Source: Anaerolineaceae bacterium
GTDB taxonomy: Bacteria > Chloroflexota > Anaerolineae > Anaerolineales > Anaerolineaceae
Length of the DNA: 32,000 nucleotides
NCBI GenBank assembly: GCA_040772085.1
Contig: JAXGYU010000001.1
Location: forward strand, 1,475,366 to 1,507,365
Direction: 5' to 3'
The notes under the pieces are model-generated. The model saw only the letters and a list, made by a program, of their open reading frames with translations, searched no databases and had not been told where the DNA came from. This document shows positions 15,069 through 23,433 of the stretch, one piece after another. Position 1 is the stretch's first letter; each line of letters opens with the position of its first letter. Both the position numbers and the translations under genes were made by a program.

Positions 15069-16388
15069 TTAGCCTGCCGCGAGGAACAACCCGAACAAGT
15101 AGCCCGCCAGCGTGCTCAGCACCGCGACCAGCGAGACGTACACGGCTGTCTTCTTGCGCCCCATCACCCCATTCAACACCAGTATCGATTGCAGCGAAAG
15201 TTCCGGGTCAGCGAGCAGGTATGCCAGCAGCGGCCCGCGCGCCATGCCCAGGTCCAGGAACATCCGGGCGATCGGCACTTCCACCAGCGTCGGGAAGTAC
15301 ATGAAGACGCCGAAGAGCACAGCGACAGCATTGGCCAGAAGGGTATTTTCGCCCGCGACAGTGCGCACCCAGACCTCAGGGATGAGGTTGCGGATGACGC
15401 CGGCCGCGAAGACGCCGATGATCAGCAGCGGGAAAATCTGTTTGACGAACTTCCAGGTTTCAAAGATCCAGTTGGTCAGTTCATCACGCGCGACACGTTT
15501 CCAGATGATGAGGGCGATGATGACCAGCAGCACCAGCTCAAAGATGAATTTGCCATTGATGCCGATGACCGCGCTGCGCAGGTCTTCTGCCGGCGCTGCG
15601 ATCAGGATGGTGAGCCCAATGAACGCCAGCGCGGCATATGTCCAGCCGTTGAAGCCCTCGGTGATATTTTCGAACCCCAGCCAGGAGGTGATGCCAATGA
15701 TGACCAGCATCAGGATCAGCAGTCCGCCCTGCAGCGTCAGGTTGGCGCTGGCGAGCCACTGCATCAGACCGCTCAGCGCGTCTGCCGGCAGCTGGATACT
15801 GGCATAGACATTGGTGAACAGACCGACCTGCAGCGTCCCGACGATCAGAACAGCCAGCAGCAGTCCGAACAGCCACCAAACCTCGGGTTTGACGCGGGCA
15901 GACAGGTCAAAGACGCTATTCCCTGTCGCCTGTCGCGCGCGCTGGGCTTCCTCGGCGCGAAAGATCCATGCCATGATCAGCCCGATGACGATGCCAAATG
16001 ATATGGAGAGTACCAGCCGGGCGATGGCAATATCAAAGCCGATTGCCGCGCCAGTATAGGTGATGGCAAGGATATTGATGGCCGGACCGACGAATAAAAA
16101 GGTAACTGCCGGTCCCAACCCAGCGCCGCGCTTCCAGATGCCGGCAAACAACGGCAGGATAGTGCAGGAGCACACCGCCAGAATGAATCCGCCCAGCGCC
16201 GCAGCCGGGTAGCTGATAAATTTTGAAGCGCGCGGTCCGAGGAAGCGTGTGATGGCTTCCTTCGGGATCATGGCGCTCAGGAATCCGGCGATGATGAATG
16301 CCGGCACAAGGCACAGCAATACGTGAGCCGCCAGATAATCAAGCAGGCTGAGGTAGCCCGACCACAACAGTTGCGTGATCAATTCCAT
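15069..16388 (-). CDS. DUF318/COG0701 permease, ArsP-like
   Basis: At least 10 hydrophobic segments. FILAVCSCTILPLFAG is the CSC-x3-P signature typical of this permease family. Sits directly downstream of acr3. Confidence 0.75.
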   Translation of the reverse strand: MELITQLLWSGYLSLLDYLAAHVLLCLVPAFIIAGFLSAMIPKEAITRFLGPRASKFISYPAAALGGFILAVCSCTILPLFAGIWKRGAGLGPAVTFLFVGPAINILAITYTGAAIGFDIAIARLVLSISFGIVIGLIMAWIFRAEEAQRARQATGNSVFDLSARVKPEVWWLFGLLLAVLIVGTLQVGLFTNVYASIQLPADALSGLMQWLASANLTLQGGLLILMLVIIGITSWLGFENITEGFNGWTYAALAFIGLTILIAAPAEDLRSAVIGINGKFIFELVLLVIIALIIWKRVARDELTNWIFETWKFVKQIFPLLIIGVFAAGVIRNLIPEVWVRTVAGENTLLANAVAVLFGVFMYFPTLVEVPIARMFLDLGMARGPLLAYLLADPELSLQSILVLNGVMGRKKTAVYVSLVAVLSTLAGYLFGLFLAAG

Positions 16389-16424
16389 TCAAACTCCTGA
16401 GCAGGTTGGTATGCCGTCTGTGAT

Positions 16425-17489
16425 TTACGCAGCCGGGGAATAAAATCGTTTTTTAATCCAGAACGCCACATTCACCAGCGCAATCATTACCGGCACCTCT
16501 ACCAGCGGACCAATGACCGCGGTAAAGGCGACACCAGAAGTGATGCCGAAGACCGCCACTGCCACCGCGATAGCCAGCTCAAAGTTATTGCTGGCGGCAG
16601 TGAACGACAGCGTGACACCCTGTTTGTAGGGCGCGTGAATCAGGCGGGAAAGCGCGAAACTGACCAGGAACATGACCACAAAGTAAATCAACAACGGGAT
16701 GGCGATGCGCACGACATCCCCCGGGATGCTGACGATCAGGTTGCCCTTGAGGCTGAACATCACCAGAATGGTGAAGAGCAATGAGATCAGCGTCAGAGGG
16801 CTGATGCGCGGGATGAATTTACTGAAATACCAGTCTTTACCCCTGGCGCGCACCAGCACCAATTGCGTCAGCAAGCCAGCCAGAAACGGGATACCCAGAT
16901 AGATGAAGACCGTCCGGGCGATCTCGCCCATGCTGATTTTCACCATCACCCCTTCGAGACCAAACCAGGTCGGCAGCACGGTAATGAAGAAGTAGGCGTA
17001 CACACTGTAGAACAAGACCTGGAAGATGCTGTTGAATGCCACCAGCCCGGCAGCATATTCCGAATCACCGTGGGCCAGCTCATTCCACACCAGCACCATG
17101 GCGATGCAGCGCGCCAGTCCGATCAGGATCAGACCCGCCATATACTCGGGATAGCCGCGTAAGAAAATAATCGCCAGCAGGAACATCAGCAAGGGACCGA
17201 TGACCCAGTTTTGCAGCAGCGACATGGCCAACACCTTCCAGTTGCGGAAGACATCACCAAGTTCGTCATAATGCACTTTTGCCAACGGCGGATACATCAT
17301 CAGGATCAGACCAATGGCGATGGGGATATTGGTCGTCCCAACCTGGAAAGCATTAATCAGGTTTTGCACACCTGGAAAGAAATAGCCGATGGCGATACCG
17401 ACTGCCATGGCAAGAAAGATCCACCAGGTCAGGTTACGATCGATAAATGATAGCTTTTGGGTGGTCTTGGCAGATGACGAGCTTTCCAT
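16425..17489 (-). CDS. acr3: ACR3-family arsenite efflux transporter
   Basis: [48 protein letters not shown], and a roughly 350-aa polytopic protein. ars gene context. Confidence 0.9.
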   Translation of the reverse strand: MESSSSAKTTQKLSFIDRNLTWWIFLAMAVGIAIGYFFPGVQNLINAFQVGTTNIPIAIGLILMMYPPLAKVHYDELGDVFRNWKVLAMSLLQNWVIGPLLMFLLAIIFLRGYPEYMAGLILIGLARCIAMVLVWNELAHGDSEYAAGLVAFNSIFQVLFYSVYAYFFITVLPTWFGLEGVMVKISMGEIARTVFIYLGIPFLAGLLTQLVLVRARGKDWYFSKFIPRISPLTLISLLFTILVMFSLKGNLIVSIPGDVVRIAIPLLIYFVVMFLVSFALSRLIHAPYKQGVTLSFTAASNNFELAIAVAVAVFGITSGVAFTAVIGPLVEVPVMIALVNVAFWIKKRFYSPAA

Positions 17490-17512
17490 GATCAGCTCCT
17501 TGTCGCTTGCGG

Positions 17513-17758
17513 CTACTTGCTTTTTTCTGTCAGCCAGCCTTTTACTTCTTCAATGCTCGGGATGCGGCCTGAAGAGACGACTTCTTCATTCACCACCAGC
17601 CCGGGCGTTGAGAGGATGGTATAGGTCATGATCTCATTGAAATCAGTCACCTTTTCAAATTCAGCTTCGATGTTCAGTTCAGCCGCGGCTTTTCGCGCGA
17701 TCTCTTCGACACGATGGCAATTGGAGCACCCCGAACCAAGGACTTTGATTTTCACCAT
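17513..17758 (-). CDS. Small thioredoxin-fold protein (glutaredoxin-like, CxxC)
   Basis: 81 aa. [17 protein letters not shown]...[12 protein letters not shown] matches the short Trx-like proteins common in ars operons. Confidence 0.85.
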   Translation of the reverse strand: MVKIKVLGSGCSNCHRVEEIARKAAAELNIEAEFEKVTDFNEIMTYTILSTPGLVVNEEVVSSGRIPSIEEVKGWLTEKSK

Positions 17759-17795
17759 TTAACGACTCCTGTGTGGATTGTGTAGCGTGTATGAA

Positions 17796-18176
17796 TTACG
17801 TTTGCGGTGCCGGGTTACAGCGCGGGCAGGGACAATCGGGCGGATTTTTGATCACCTCTGTCCTTTGCCCCGGCAGCAGGGCTGCGTAAAACGCGTCGAC
17901 CAATGCCGGGAGCATGTCATCGGTCAGGCTGTAATAGATATTCCAGCCGTCCTGCCGGCTTTGCACGAGATTGGCGTCACGCAGCACAGCCAACTGCTGA
18001 GAGATGTATGCCTGCCGGAAGCCCAGCGCCGCTTCAAGATGGCAGACACAGGCTTCGTCCTCACGCAGCATCTCGAGGATGGCAAGACGCGCCGGGTGTG
18101 CCAGCGCCTTGAACGTCAGCGCCAGGGCATCCTGGCCTTGCTTCTCGGTTGTCTGGTCAATCACATTCGTATTCAC
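17796..18176 (-). CDS. arsR: ArsR/SmtB-family metalloregulator
   Basis: ALAHPARLAILEMLREDEACVCHLEAALGFRQAYISQQLAVLRDANLV (wHTH with a CVC site). C-terminal DCPCPRC. Start is uncertain: GTG 18176 sits at the predicted +1 of a good promoter, while ATG 18242 would overlap the upstream gene by 35 nt. Confidence 0.85.
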   Translation of the reverse strand: MNTNVIDQTTEKQGQDALALTFKALAHPARLAILEMLREDEACVCHLEAALGFRQAYISQQLAVLRDANLVQSRQDGWNIYYSLTDDMLPALVDAFYAALLPGQRTEVIKNPPDCPCPRCNPAPQT

Positions 18177-18211
18177 GAATATGAGTATACGTCTAATTTG
18201 GCTGCTGTCAA
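18162..18211 (-). promoter_or_regulatory. arsR promoter with overlapping palindromic operator
   Basis: On the minus strand: TTGACA (18211-18206), 16 nt, TATACT (18189-18184), 7 nt, then GTG 18176. Imperfect 9-4-9 palindrome CATATTCGT-GAAT-ACGAATGTG (18183-18162). Confidence 0.5.
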
Positions 18212-18621
18212 GATGCGGCGCCGGATCGCGCCAGCCAGGCACGCCAGAGGATGTAGATGATGATCAGCAGCACCAGCAGCCAGAGGGCTGCGATGATCAG
18301 CGCGCCGGATTTGATGACCGGCTTGCCTTCACCTGCCAGGGTGCTTGCGCGCTCACGGCTCTCGCGCATGACCTCTGCCGGCACCAGCCGCAGTACCAGG
18401 AAGATGCCGACCGGCAGCAGAATCAGGTCATCCAGGTAGCCCAGTATGGGAATAAAATCGGGAATCAGGTCGATGGGGCTGAAGGCGTAGGCAATCACCA
18501 GCGCTGTCAATGCCTTGGCGTACCAGGGGGTGCGCGGGTCGCGGTATGCGAGCAGCAGCGCGCTCAGTTCCAGCTCAAGATCTTCAGCCCAATCCTTCCA
18601 GCGTGCCAGCCAGTTTTTCAT
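18208..18621 (-). CDS. DUF1232 (YkvA-like) membrane protein
   Basis: PWYAKALTALVIAYAFSPIDLIPDFIPILGYLDDLILLP is the DUF1232 core. C-terminal TM segment. Confidence 0.8.
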   Translation of the reverse strand: MKNWLARWKDWAEDLELELSALLLAYRDPRTPWYAKALTALVIAYAFSPIDLIPDFIPILGYLDDLILLPVGIFLVLRLVPAEVMRESRERASTLAGEGKPVIKSGALIIAALWLLVLLIIIYILWRAWLARSGAAS

Positions 18622-18704
18622 CAGTGAAATTTTATTCCCCGTCAGGCGGCGTGGATAGGGTAGAATTCAGGCGTATTCAGCCAACAAATCCGGAAGGCGC
18701 CCAC

Positions 18705-19283
18705 ATGAACCTGCGACAAGCTCCCCGTTTCCCTTACGACTTTATTGACCACATGCTGTTTTCGGAAGAAGAAATCAAGCAGCGGGTTGACGAACTCGCC
18801 GCCCAGATCACGGAAGACTATAAGGGCTCCGAGAACTTGCTGCTGCTCGGGCTGCTGCGCGGCTCGGTGATGTTCATCACCGATCTGATGCGCGCCATCA
18901 ACCTGCCGATGACCATGGATTTCATGTCGGTGTCGTCGTATGCCGGCAGCAAGACCACCGGTTTCATCCGTATCGACTCCGACCATAAGACCAATATCGC
19001 CGGCTGGGATGTGATTTTGGTCGATGACATCGTCGACTCGGGGTACACCCTTTACACGATCAAGAAGCTGCTGCTCGAGCGCCATCCCAAGAGTCTCAGG
19101 CTGTGCGCCTTGCTGGACAAGGAAGACCGGCGCAAAGTCGATATCCCGATCGATTATCGCGGCTTTGTCATCCCCGACCTGTTCGTCGTCGGCTACGGGC
19201 TCGATTGTGATGAACGCGGCCGCAACCTGCCGTATATCGCTTCAGTCAACTTCGAACGCTTCAAGGCTCAGCAGGAACGGTAA
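18705..19283 (+). CDS. hpt: Hypoxanthine(-guanine) phosphoribosyltransferase
   Basis: LLLLGLLRGSVMFITDL, VILVDDIVDSGYTL (PRPP-binding motif), DFVVGYGLD-type VVGYGLDCDERGRNLPYI. ATG 18705 follows GGAAGG. The track's upstream extension overlaps the DUF1232 gene. Confidence 0.9.
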   Translation: MNLRQAPRFPYDFIDHMLFSEEEIKQRVDELAAQITEDYKGSENLLLLGLLRGSVMFITDLMRAINLPMTMDFMSVSSYAGSKTTGFIRIDSDHKTNIAGWDVILVDDIVDSGYTLYTIKKLLLERHPKSLRLCALLDKEDRRKVDIPIDYRGFVIPDLFVVGYGLDCDERGRNLPYIASVNFERFKAQQER

Positions 19284-19298
19284 AACAACCACCAGTAA

Positions 19299-19342
19299 AA
19301 TTCAGAATAACCGCCGTCTGGCGGTTTTTCGTATTCTGAATT
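19299..19342 (+). terminator. Rho-independent terminator after hpt
   Basis: Inner stem ACCGCC-gtct-GGCGGT followed by T5. Outer arms AATTCAGAATA / TATTCTGAATT. Confidence 0.7.
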
Positions 19343-19438
19343 CTGACATCTGACAGTACGCCGGGTGATGTTCGCCCTGACGCTGTTGAGCCCCTGTGGC
19401 GTTACAATCTAATGGGGAGAATCTTCCGGAGGGTACTC

Positions 19439-20194
19439 ATGACCATACCAGCCTATCAACATGAAGTCATCGTGCGTGATTATGAAACTGACCTGAACAG
19501 CCGCTGGAAGCCATCCAGCTTTTTCCGGCTGATCCAGTACTCGGGCAGCAGCCACGCTAACCTGGCTGGTTATGATTTTTACGACCTGATGGCGACCGGC
19601 AGAGCCTGGGTTCTCTACCGCATACGGATGCGCATGCTGCGTTATCCCGCCATCAAGGACCGCCTGATCATGCACACCTGGATCAATGGCTACCAGCAAA
19701 AGCTGCTGTACCTGCGCGGGTTCAAGGTGGAGGACGAGCAAGGGAACCTGGTGGCGGACGCCATCAGCGCGTCGTTGCTGATTGATCTCAAGAACCGGCA
19801 GATCCTGAAACCGTCCAGCATTCCCGAGCACAAGGTCTTCGACATTCCCGACCCGACGCCGCATGAACCGCTGGAGAAAATCGACGCACCGCAGGACATG
19901 CCCGAGTGCTATCAGATCAAAGCCACTTACAGCCAGCTCGACATGGTCGGTCATGTCAACAATGCCAATTACGTCGACTGGGTGTGCGACTGTTTCGAAC
20001 CGGATTTTCACCGGAAGCATCAGATGGAAAGCATTCAGATCAATTTTTTGCAGGAGATCCGGCCCGACGAACAGATCAGCATGCGCATGGCGCCGGAATC
20101 CGGCAAAACCGCGACCTGGCTGGTCAGCGGCGAGAACCTCAACCGGCCGATGCGCGCCTTTGACGCGCGGGTGTCGTGGGTGCCGCGTCCGTAG
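19439..20194 (+). CDS. Acyl-ACP thioesterase (hotdog fold)
   Basis: YETDLNSRWKPSSFFRLIQ, WVLYRIRM, and the second-half YSQLDMVGHVNNANYVDW. GGAGGG lies 5 nt before ATG 19439. Confidence 0.8.
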   Translation: MTIPAYQHEVIVRDYETDLNSRWKPSSFFRLIQYSGSSHANLAGYDFYDLMATGRAWVLYRIRMRMLRYPAIKDRLIMHTWINGYQQKLLYLRGFKVEDEQGNLVADAISASLLIDLKNRQILKPSSIPEHKVFDIPDPTPHEPLEKIDAPQDMPECYQIKATYSQLDMVGHVNNANYVDWVCDCFEPDFHRKHQMESIQINFLQEIRPDEQISMRMAPESGKTATWLVSGENLNRPMRAFDARVSWVPRP

Positions 20195-20205
20195 ACCGAC
20201 TCTGG

Positions 20206-21048
20206 TTATGACTTCTGGACGCGCTTGCTGAATAATCCTTTATGTGGGGCGAACAGGAATGCCAGCAGGAAGAATGCCGTGGCAACCAGCACAATAGCTG
20301 ACCCCGAGACGATGTTGGTGTAATAGCTCAAGTACAGTCCGACGATGCTCGACAGACCGCCGATCAGAGCAGCCAGTGCCATCATCGAGGGCAGCCGGCG
20401 TGTGAGCAGGTAAGCCGCGGCGCCAGGCGTGACGAGCATGGCAGCCACAAGACCAACACCGACCGTTTGAATTGATATCACGATCGTCAGGCCGATGATC
20501 ACCAGTTGCAGGTTGCGCAGCAGTTTGACCGGCAGCTTCATCGTCGCCGCCAGCACCGGGTCGAAGGAGATCAGCAGGAAGGGCTTGTAGAGAATGGCAA
20601 TCGCCAGCAGGATCAGCACGCCCACCCCAGCCATCAGCCACAAATCAGACGCGGAGACACCGAGGACATTACCGAAGAGAATATGGGAAAGGTCGACCGC
20701 GTAGGACCCCATGCTGGAAATCAGCGCGACGCCCAGCGCCAGCGCCGCGGCGAACAGGATGCCGATGGCGGTGTCTTCCTTGATGTTGCCCTGAGAGGAG
20801 AAATATCCGATGCCCAGCGCCACCAGCACAGCCGCGACCAGCGCGCCAAAGAGCAGATTGACATTCAGCAAATATGCCACGGCGATGCCGGGCAAAATGG
20901 CATGCGCCAGCGCGTCGCCCAGGAACGCCATAGATTTGAGGACGACATAACAACCAACGACAGCACAGACAATGCCGACGATCACGGCTGCCAGCATGCC
21001 GCGCTGCATGAAGGCGTATTGCAGAGGCTCGAGCAGGATATCGATCAC
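20206..21048 (-). CDS. znuB: Metal ABC transporter permease (ABC-3 family)
   Basis: 280 aa, about 8 TM segments. FMQRGMLAAVIVGI..GCYVVLKSMAFLGDALAHAILPG is typical of ZnuB/MntB. ATGA overlap with znuC. Confidence 0.85.
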   Translation of the reverse strand: MIDILLEPLQYAFMQRGMLAAVIVGIVCAVVGCYVVLKSMAFLGDALAHAILPGIAVAYLLNVNLLFGALVAAVLVALGIGYFSSQGNIKEDTAIGILFAAALALGVALISSMGSYAVDLSHILFGNVLGVSASDLWLMAGVGVLILLAIAILYKPFLLISFDPVLAATMKLPVKLLRNLQLVIIGLTIVISIQTVGVGLVAAMLVTPGAAAYLLTRRLPSMMALAALIGGLSSIVGLYLSYYTNIVSGSAIVLVATAFFLLAFLFAPHKGLFSKRVQKS

Positions 21049-21866
21049 CTTGCGCCTCCATTGCCGTTATGCGTCGGACAGCAGTGGTCAACCACCAGCA
21101 TGCCGCCTGACGAGAATAATTGCCCGCCGAATGCCTCGCGCAGATTCTCCGTGGAGAGCGCGCTTTCCGGCGGACCGTACGAGATCAGCTTGCCGTTCAG
21201 CAGCATGACATTTCTGAACTTTTCCGATGCCAGGTTGAGGTCATGGGTGGAGACCATGATGGTGATGCCCTGGTCATTCAGGGACTGCAGCAATTCGAGG
21301 GTAGCCTCTTCGGTCGCGGCGTCCACGCCGTTGAAAGGCTCATCGAGCAGGAGCAGATGCGGCTGCTGCGCCAGCGCGCGCGCCAGATACACGCGCTGCA
21401 ACTGACCGCCCGAGAGGTCGGTCAGTTGCCGGCCAGCCAGATCAGCGATGCCCATCTGCGCCAGGCTGTATTCAACCGCCGCGCGGTCCAGGGTATCCTG
21501 CCTGGCAAACAACCCCTGCTTGGTGAAGCGCCCCATGCTGACGACATCCTGCACTGTGACAGGAAAGTGTGTGTCCGCTTCACTGCGCTGGGGTACATAG
21601 GCGATGCAGCCTTTGAAAGTCCCTACCGGCTGGCAGTGGATCAGCGCTTCGCCGCCCTGTAAGGGCAGCACACCAGCCAGCGTTTTGAACAGCGTGGATT
21701 TGCCCGCGCCATTCGGTCCGACAACAGCCACCTGGTCGCCGGCCGGGATAGTAAGGGTGACATCTCGCAGGATGGTGCGACCGGGATAACCCATCACCGC
21801 TCCGCGCAAATCGAGGTTTGCCGGGCTGTGATCGTCCCGCACTTGCGTCCGGCTAGGCGTTTTCAT
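21045..21866 (-). CDS. znuC: Metal ABC transporter ATP-binding protein
   Basis: GPNGAGKSTLFK (Walker A), LSGGQLQRVYLARAL (signature), LLLLDEP (Walker B). ATGA overlap with znuA. Confidence 0.9.
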   Translation of the reverse strand: MKTPSRTQVRDDHSPANLDLRGAVMGYPGRTILRDVTLTIPAGDQVAVVGPNGAGKSTLFKTLAGVLPLQGGEALIHCQPVGTFKGCIAYVPQRSEADTHFPVTVQDVVSMGRFTKQGLFARQDTLDRAAVEYSLAQMGIADLAGRQLTDLSGGQLQRVYLARALAQQPHLLLLDEPFNGVDAATEEATLELLQSLNDQGITIMVSTHDLNLASEKFRNVMLLNGKLISYGPPESALSTENLREAFGGQLFSSGGMLVVDHCCPTHNGNGGAR

Positions 21867-22792
21867 TTCAATGCCTCCGCGATCACGTCGATGTTATGGC
21901 GCATCATGCCCAGGTATCCATCGCCCGCCTGACCATTGCTGAGAATCGAGTGCGTGTGCAGGTTGGTGATTACTTTGATGCCGGTCTCAGCCGCAAGCTG
22001 GTCAGCCAGCTTGGTGCTGCCGCCCTGCTCGAGGAAGATCGCCCTGGCGCCGGTGCTGCGAATCAGGTCTACCAGCGCCGCCAGGTCGCGGGCGGAGGGT
22101 TCCGCGTCGCTGCTGAAGCCGGGGATGATGGTGCCGACCAGCGTAAAGCCATAGCGGTCAGCGAAGTACCCGAGAGATTCATGCGTGGTCACCAGTTGGC
22201 GGCGCTCCGCGGGGATCTGGTCGGTTTTTTGCCGGATGTATAGATCCAGCTCCCTGAGTTTTGAGATGTACGTCTCCGCGTTGGCTTTATAGTCCGAGGC
22301 ATGCTGCGGGTCATGCTGGCTGAGCGCCTGCTCAATGTTGGCAGCATAGGTGATCACCAGGTTTGGGTCGAGCCAGAAATGAGGGTCGATCCCATGCGCG
22401 TGCTCATCGGCCGCGTGGTCATCGTGTTCGTCAGCCTTTACTTCACGCGCCTGCAAACCCTCCGAGGCGCTGACGATGACGGTGTCGCCGCCGGCGTTCT
22501 TCACCAGATTGGTCAGCCAGGTTTCCAGTTCGCCGCCGTTGACGATGAACAGGTCGGTCTCCGCGATCAGGGCAACGTCTTTGGGTGCCGGCTGCCAGGT
22601 ATGCGGGTCCGTGCCATCGGGCATCAGCGAGGTGACGGTCAGATGGCTGCCGGCAACTTGTTGGGCTATGCCAGCCAGGAAAGATTCAGCGGCAACCACT
22701 TTGAGCGCTTGGCCGGTCTTTTGTTTCTGTGCTGGCTGGCACGCAGCCAGCGACAGAGATAGTAGCAGGAATAAGGGAATCAGTTTTTTCAA
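21863..22792 (-). CDS. znuA: Zinc ABC transporter substrate-binding lipoprotein (cluster A-I)
   Basis: TTG 22792 follows GGAG by 8 nt and gives MKKLIPLFLLLSLSLAAC (lipobox). DPHTWQP, DPHFWLDP and HESLGYF metal-ligand motifs. His/Asp-rich loop ADEHDDHAADEHAHG. Confidence 0.85.
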   Translation of the reverse strand: MKKLIPLFLLLSLSLAACQPAQKQKTGQALKVVAAESFLAGIAQQVAGSHLTVTSLMPDGTDPHTWQPAPKDVALIAETDLFIVNGGELETWLTNLVKNAGGDTVIVSASEGLQAREVKADEHDDHAADEHAHGIDPHFWLDPNLVITYAANIEQALSQHDPQHASDYKANAETYISKLRELDLYIRQKTDQIPAERRQLVTTHESLGYFADRYGFTLVGTIIPGFSSDAEPSARDLAALVDLIRSTGARAIFLEQGGSTKLADQLAAETGIKVITNLHTHSILSNGQAGDGYLGMMRHNIDVIAEALK

Positions 22793-22805
22793 CGGGTAAG
22801 CTCCA

Positions 22806-23252
22806 TTAATGGTTTTGCGCGGTGCGGCACTCCGGACATTTGCCGAAGAATTGCAGCCAATGTTCAGTGATTTTGAAGCGGCTCTGCTTTTCAACTTTTT
22901 TGATCAGCGCGCTCAGGTCGTCACCTTCGAAGTAGGTCACTTTGCCGCAATCCTGGCAGACCAGCAGGTGCTGATGTCCGACCGTGGCGCGGATGTAGAG
23001 GTTGCAGCCATGCGGACGGTGCACGCGCTCGATCAGACCGAGCTGGGTCAGGGTTTCTAGCGTGCGGTAAACAGTCACCATCCCCAGACTGGCATAGGTC
23101 TGGTGCCCGCGCTGGTAAATCTCGAGCGGTTCCATGCCATAAGGTGTATTGAGGATCGTTTCAACGATCACGCGCCGTGAGCGCGTCTGACGGAAGCCAT
23201 GCTGCTGCAAGGCGTCCATCCATTGGTCAGCGATAGATTGGGTATCGGTCAT
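22806..23252 (-). CDS. zur: Fur-family repressor, Zur-like
   Basis: wHTH region ...VYRTLETLTQLGLI, HQHLLVCQDCGKV and KCPECR (two CxxC pairs). First gene of the znu operon. Confidence 0.85.
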   Translation of the reverse strand: MTDTQSIADQWMDALQQHGFRQTRSRRVIVETILNTPYGMEPLEIYQRGHQTYASLGMVTVYRTLETLTQLGLIERVHRPHGCNLYIRATVGHQHLLVCQDCGKVTYFEGDDLSALIKKVEKQSRFKITEHWLQFFGKCPECRTAQNH

Positions 23253-23289
23253 AATTGAAAATGATAATCATTTTCAATTATGGTGTCAA
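23252..23289 (-). promoter_or_regulatory. zur-znu promoter with a perfect Fur-type box
   Basis: TAATTGAAAATGAT-A-ATCATTTTCAATTA, a perfect 14-1-14 palindrome (23252-23280). On the minus strand: TTGACA (23289-23284), 17 nt, TATCAT (23266-23261), 8 nt, ATG 23252. Confidence 0.75.
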
Positions 23290-23381
23290 GGTTGGACAAT
23301 GGACTTCAGCCCCGCATAGAGGGCGTGAGGCAGTCGCCAGCCAGTCATACCTTTCGCCCCCGCAATGAGATGTCATTATTA

Positions 23382-23410
23382 CAAAAAACGGATTCCGCGT
23401 GCGGAATCCC
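23382..23410 (-). terminator. Rho-independent terminator ending the pst-phoU-arsC operon
   Basis: On the minus strand: GGATTCCGC-AC-GCGGAATCC followed by GTTTTTTGT. Confidence 0.8.
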
Positions 23411-23433
23411 TTCGGAATTCTGGATGGTTGCGG

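Noticed and set aside
15112-16059. Plus-strand ORFs 15112-15807, 15189-16001 and 15811-16059
   Set aside because: They are antisense to the polytopic ArsP-like permease and have Ser/Arg/Asp-rich non-protein-like composition.
18510-18704. N-terminal extension of hpt (track ORF starts at 18510)
   Set aside because: The extension overlaps the DUF1232 gene on the opposite strand. HPRT-like sequence begins at ATG 18705, which has its own GGAAGG SD.
20195-20205. 11-bp gap between the convergent thioesterase and znuB stops, examined for a bidirectional terminator
   Set aside because: The only structure is a 7-bp inverted repeat (CGCGTCC / GGACGCG) with a roughly 26-nt loop spanning both stop codons. 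There is no U-tract, so it is not convincing.
22793-22894. N-terminal extension of znuA (track ORF ends at 22894)
   Set aside because: It would overlap the 3-prime end of zur by about 90 nt. TTG 22792 follows GGAG and yields a textbook lipoprotein signal peptide.
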